Assembly: GCA_030141605.1 (NCBI GenBank)
Contig: JAQGDQ010000033.1
Coordinates: 1-64,000 of the forward strand
Length of the DNA stretch: 64,000 bases
Reading direction: 5' to 3'
From: Tubiluchus corallicola
Lineage: Eukaryota > Animalia > Priapulida
Both the position numbers and the translations under genes were made by a program. The notes under the pieces are model-generated. The model was not told the DNA's origin. It saw only the letters and a list, made by a program, of their open reading frames with translations, and searched no databases. This document shows positions 61,528-64,000 of this stretch, piece by piece. Within the stretch, counting starts at the first letter, position 1; every line of letters starts with the position of its first letter.

Positions 61528-64000
61528 AACACTTCAGTGATTAAGATTTTGTGTAGTATTGTATAGATTTACTGCTTAGTATCCACGGTTGGCTGTGCAC
61601 GAATATTAAAAGCACTTTTGTTGGTATATAAAATAGTTACGTAACTATTCCGCTAAAAGTTTCCGACAAAATCTTTTATACTAATCTGATTTGTTCACCC
61701 ATGGCTTCTAATAAAGACTGAGCTACATTCCTGAATGAGATACATTCCTGCATAGATACAAGTATTATCCCTGAAAATGATTAAACAGGGCGCAGTGACA
61801 CCTCAAGAAGTGTCACTAGCTATAGTGTAGGTGTCCATTATAAAACTGCATAAAAATAAACAAAAATGAGAAGTAATCATTACGAAGAGTAATGTTGAAA
61901 TTACACCGTATCATCAAAAATATTTATGTTGACATAAATCCAAACAGCTACTTAAATAGGTAAGAGGAAGATATGATCCAATAAACACATCTGTCCACTT
62001 CCGTAGAGTGTGACAGAAATGTATCCGAATAAAATAAAATTAGCGGTTGCTAAAGTCAACTTAACTTTCCATATTAGAGTATCGTAACAGCAACTTTCAG
62101 TCTTTAGTTTTATTTTTATTTACTTTTATATTTGCATACATTGTATTTTATACAATGACGTACTATTTATCACACTTTCGGAAAAATGCGCTTTTCCTGT
62201 CTGCTTAAAATTTGAGATAAAGCTTGCTTTATTATAACGCAGACGTTTCATTTTCACTTCAACATAAAGCATTAACAACACAAAGCATTTAAAACTCGAG
62301 TTGTAGAATCAGGCAGTGCGTCCTACCAGAAAAGATTAAAATTGAGAATCTAGAGTGCCATGGATAAATATAATATATTTGTGTTTTCCATATCTATGGA
62401 AAATACAATTTCCAAATTTTAATTTAATTCTAAATTATGACACTAACATCTATTTTAAAGAAAATTCCTCTTTTTACTGAGGGGTAATGTTAACCTGGTT
62501 TCCAATAGCTTTTTGAAATTACGTAATCGTCTACCTGCTTTGTATTCTACAATCTCTAGCATTAAATTTGTTATTAATTTTGAAATGTAAAAAAAGTATT
62601 GTATGTTTCATAATTTTAAATTCCGAGTGTTAAATGAGTGCCTAGTATACTGGTAATTTTAATTATTTTGTTTTTGCTATTAATTGTTTCACACTGATAA
62701 CCAATTGTCCTCAAATTTCGCTGTTATAAAGTAGTAAACCAATTTTACGTGGTCAAATTTCTGAGGTTAGTTGACAGCTGCGCCACAGAAATCTTGGTTG
62801 TAGTGGTGCGTTGCGTACATTGTTTAGTTACGTAGAAATAAAATTTAACATTAACGTCAACTTGTACTACACATTACATGTAATAAATTTAAACTAAAGC
62901 ACAGAAATTACAAATACTTTTATTATCGTGTTAACACAAAAACTTATCGTGTGTAGTGAATTGTCAAAACCAATTTTTAATGTAAATGAATTTGTTAATG
63001 GTGTAGTTGAAATTTAATTTAATCGAAAGGTGTACAGTAAAAACTGGCAAAATAACAATCTAGTTACGTTTAAATAACAAAAATAAGACTTAATTAACTG
63101 CCAGTAGTAAGTCTTGGTGTACAAACAGAAAAGTATATAATTTCCATTAGTGGACAGGGCTTAGTAGATTATTCATTCATCAGACTGAAAAATTATTCCT
63201 TATCTGCACTTCTCAAATTATTAAATTTATATGGTAGGCCTAAATTATTACTGTGGCTACATATTTTATCTATACATAAATTATAATATATTATACCGCA
63301 ATGAAACGAAGTTACACACAAACATAAATAGAGGTATAACAGTATTTACAGTAACTTGGACTAGAGAATCATGAGCTTTTTTTAAAATGTCTACTCTGAG
63401 TCGGGTAACTCGGATCACAAGCACGGAAATAAGAAGGTTTACAAAATAGTCATTTAAATAAATAATAATGTACGGACTAGACGTTTACTAAATAATAAAA
63501 TTTCAACAATTTTTCTTATGGCAATGTTTTCATATGCGTTCGATAATCTTATGTACAGACACAATTTCCTTTAAAAAACCCAAATTACGTTCACTGCACA
63601 AATGCTCTTTGAATCTGTTCATTATACCTAAACAATAAAAACTATTCATTTGAACTGCTTTGCCTACTTGATTCGTTAGCCGCCTATATTCCTAATTATA
63701 TGAATACACGCCACGACCTTATAGTAAATAATAAGTGACTTTAGCGCATTACAAATGTCTGAAGATGGCCCAACACGATGACACTGATAAGGCCTACATA
63801 CACAAAATTTCGAAAATTTATGGGTATATTATTTTGCGCCTTTTCCATTTTTATAATATCGCAACAAATTCAGGTATCTTTACACATTGCATGCTAAGAA
63901 CAATAACGTGAGTTATCCATTATTTACGTCTGGTATTGCAATACGGGTCCAGAAAGGTTCGGATGGGTGGACACAGCAGAGTTCATTCGAAGTGCTGATA

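Noticed and set aside
59416-64000. Additional genes downstream of IPO5
   Set aside because: AT-rich sequence with no ORF or exon-like segment I can support; read as 3' UTR and intergenic DNA.

Overview
AT-rich genomic DNA from an intron-rich animal (an invertebrate bilaterian, probably a spiralian; this is an inference). It is not prokaryotic, and most of the supplied ORF track is repeat noise. The + strand carries five coding units. (1) An orphan terminal exon at 2560-2938. (2) An intronless gene (9923-10921) for a predicted membrane-anchored, EGF-like + class I SAM methyltransferase, whose ATG is fused to a 41-bp x ~41 tandem array. (3) The first four exons only of a fatty acyl-CoA reductase (19465-24265). 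(4) A 6-exon evectin/PLEKHB-like PH-domain gene (29111-37550). (5) A complete 22-exon importin-5 gene (41054-59415, 1095 aa) with a U12-type AT-AC intron. The first 25 kb is dense in tandem arrays (units of ~40, 62, 43, 41, 79 and 98 bp), several of them amplified from inside dispersed mobile elements. A full-length 4-kb RTE retrotransposon (11845-15876, - strand, 12-bp TSD) begins with a predicted HDV-like ribozyme at its first nucleotide. It is inserted in a 79-bp array that itself lies in a Penelope-like remnant with a hammerhead motif. There are also many MITEs (hAT, pogo/Tigger, Harbinger, Kolobok-like), a SINE, and a palindromic element built from two tRNA-derived arms. All calls were made by eye, with no database searches or folding software.
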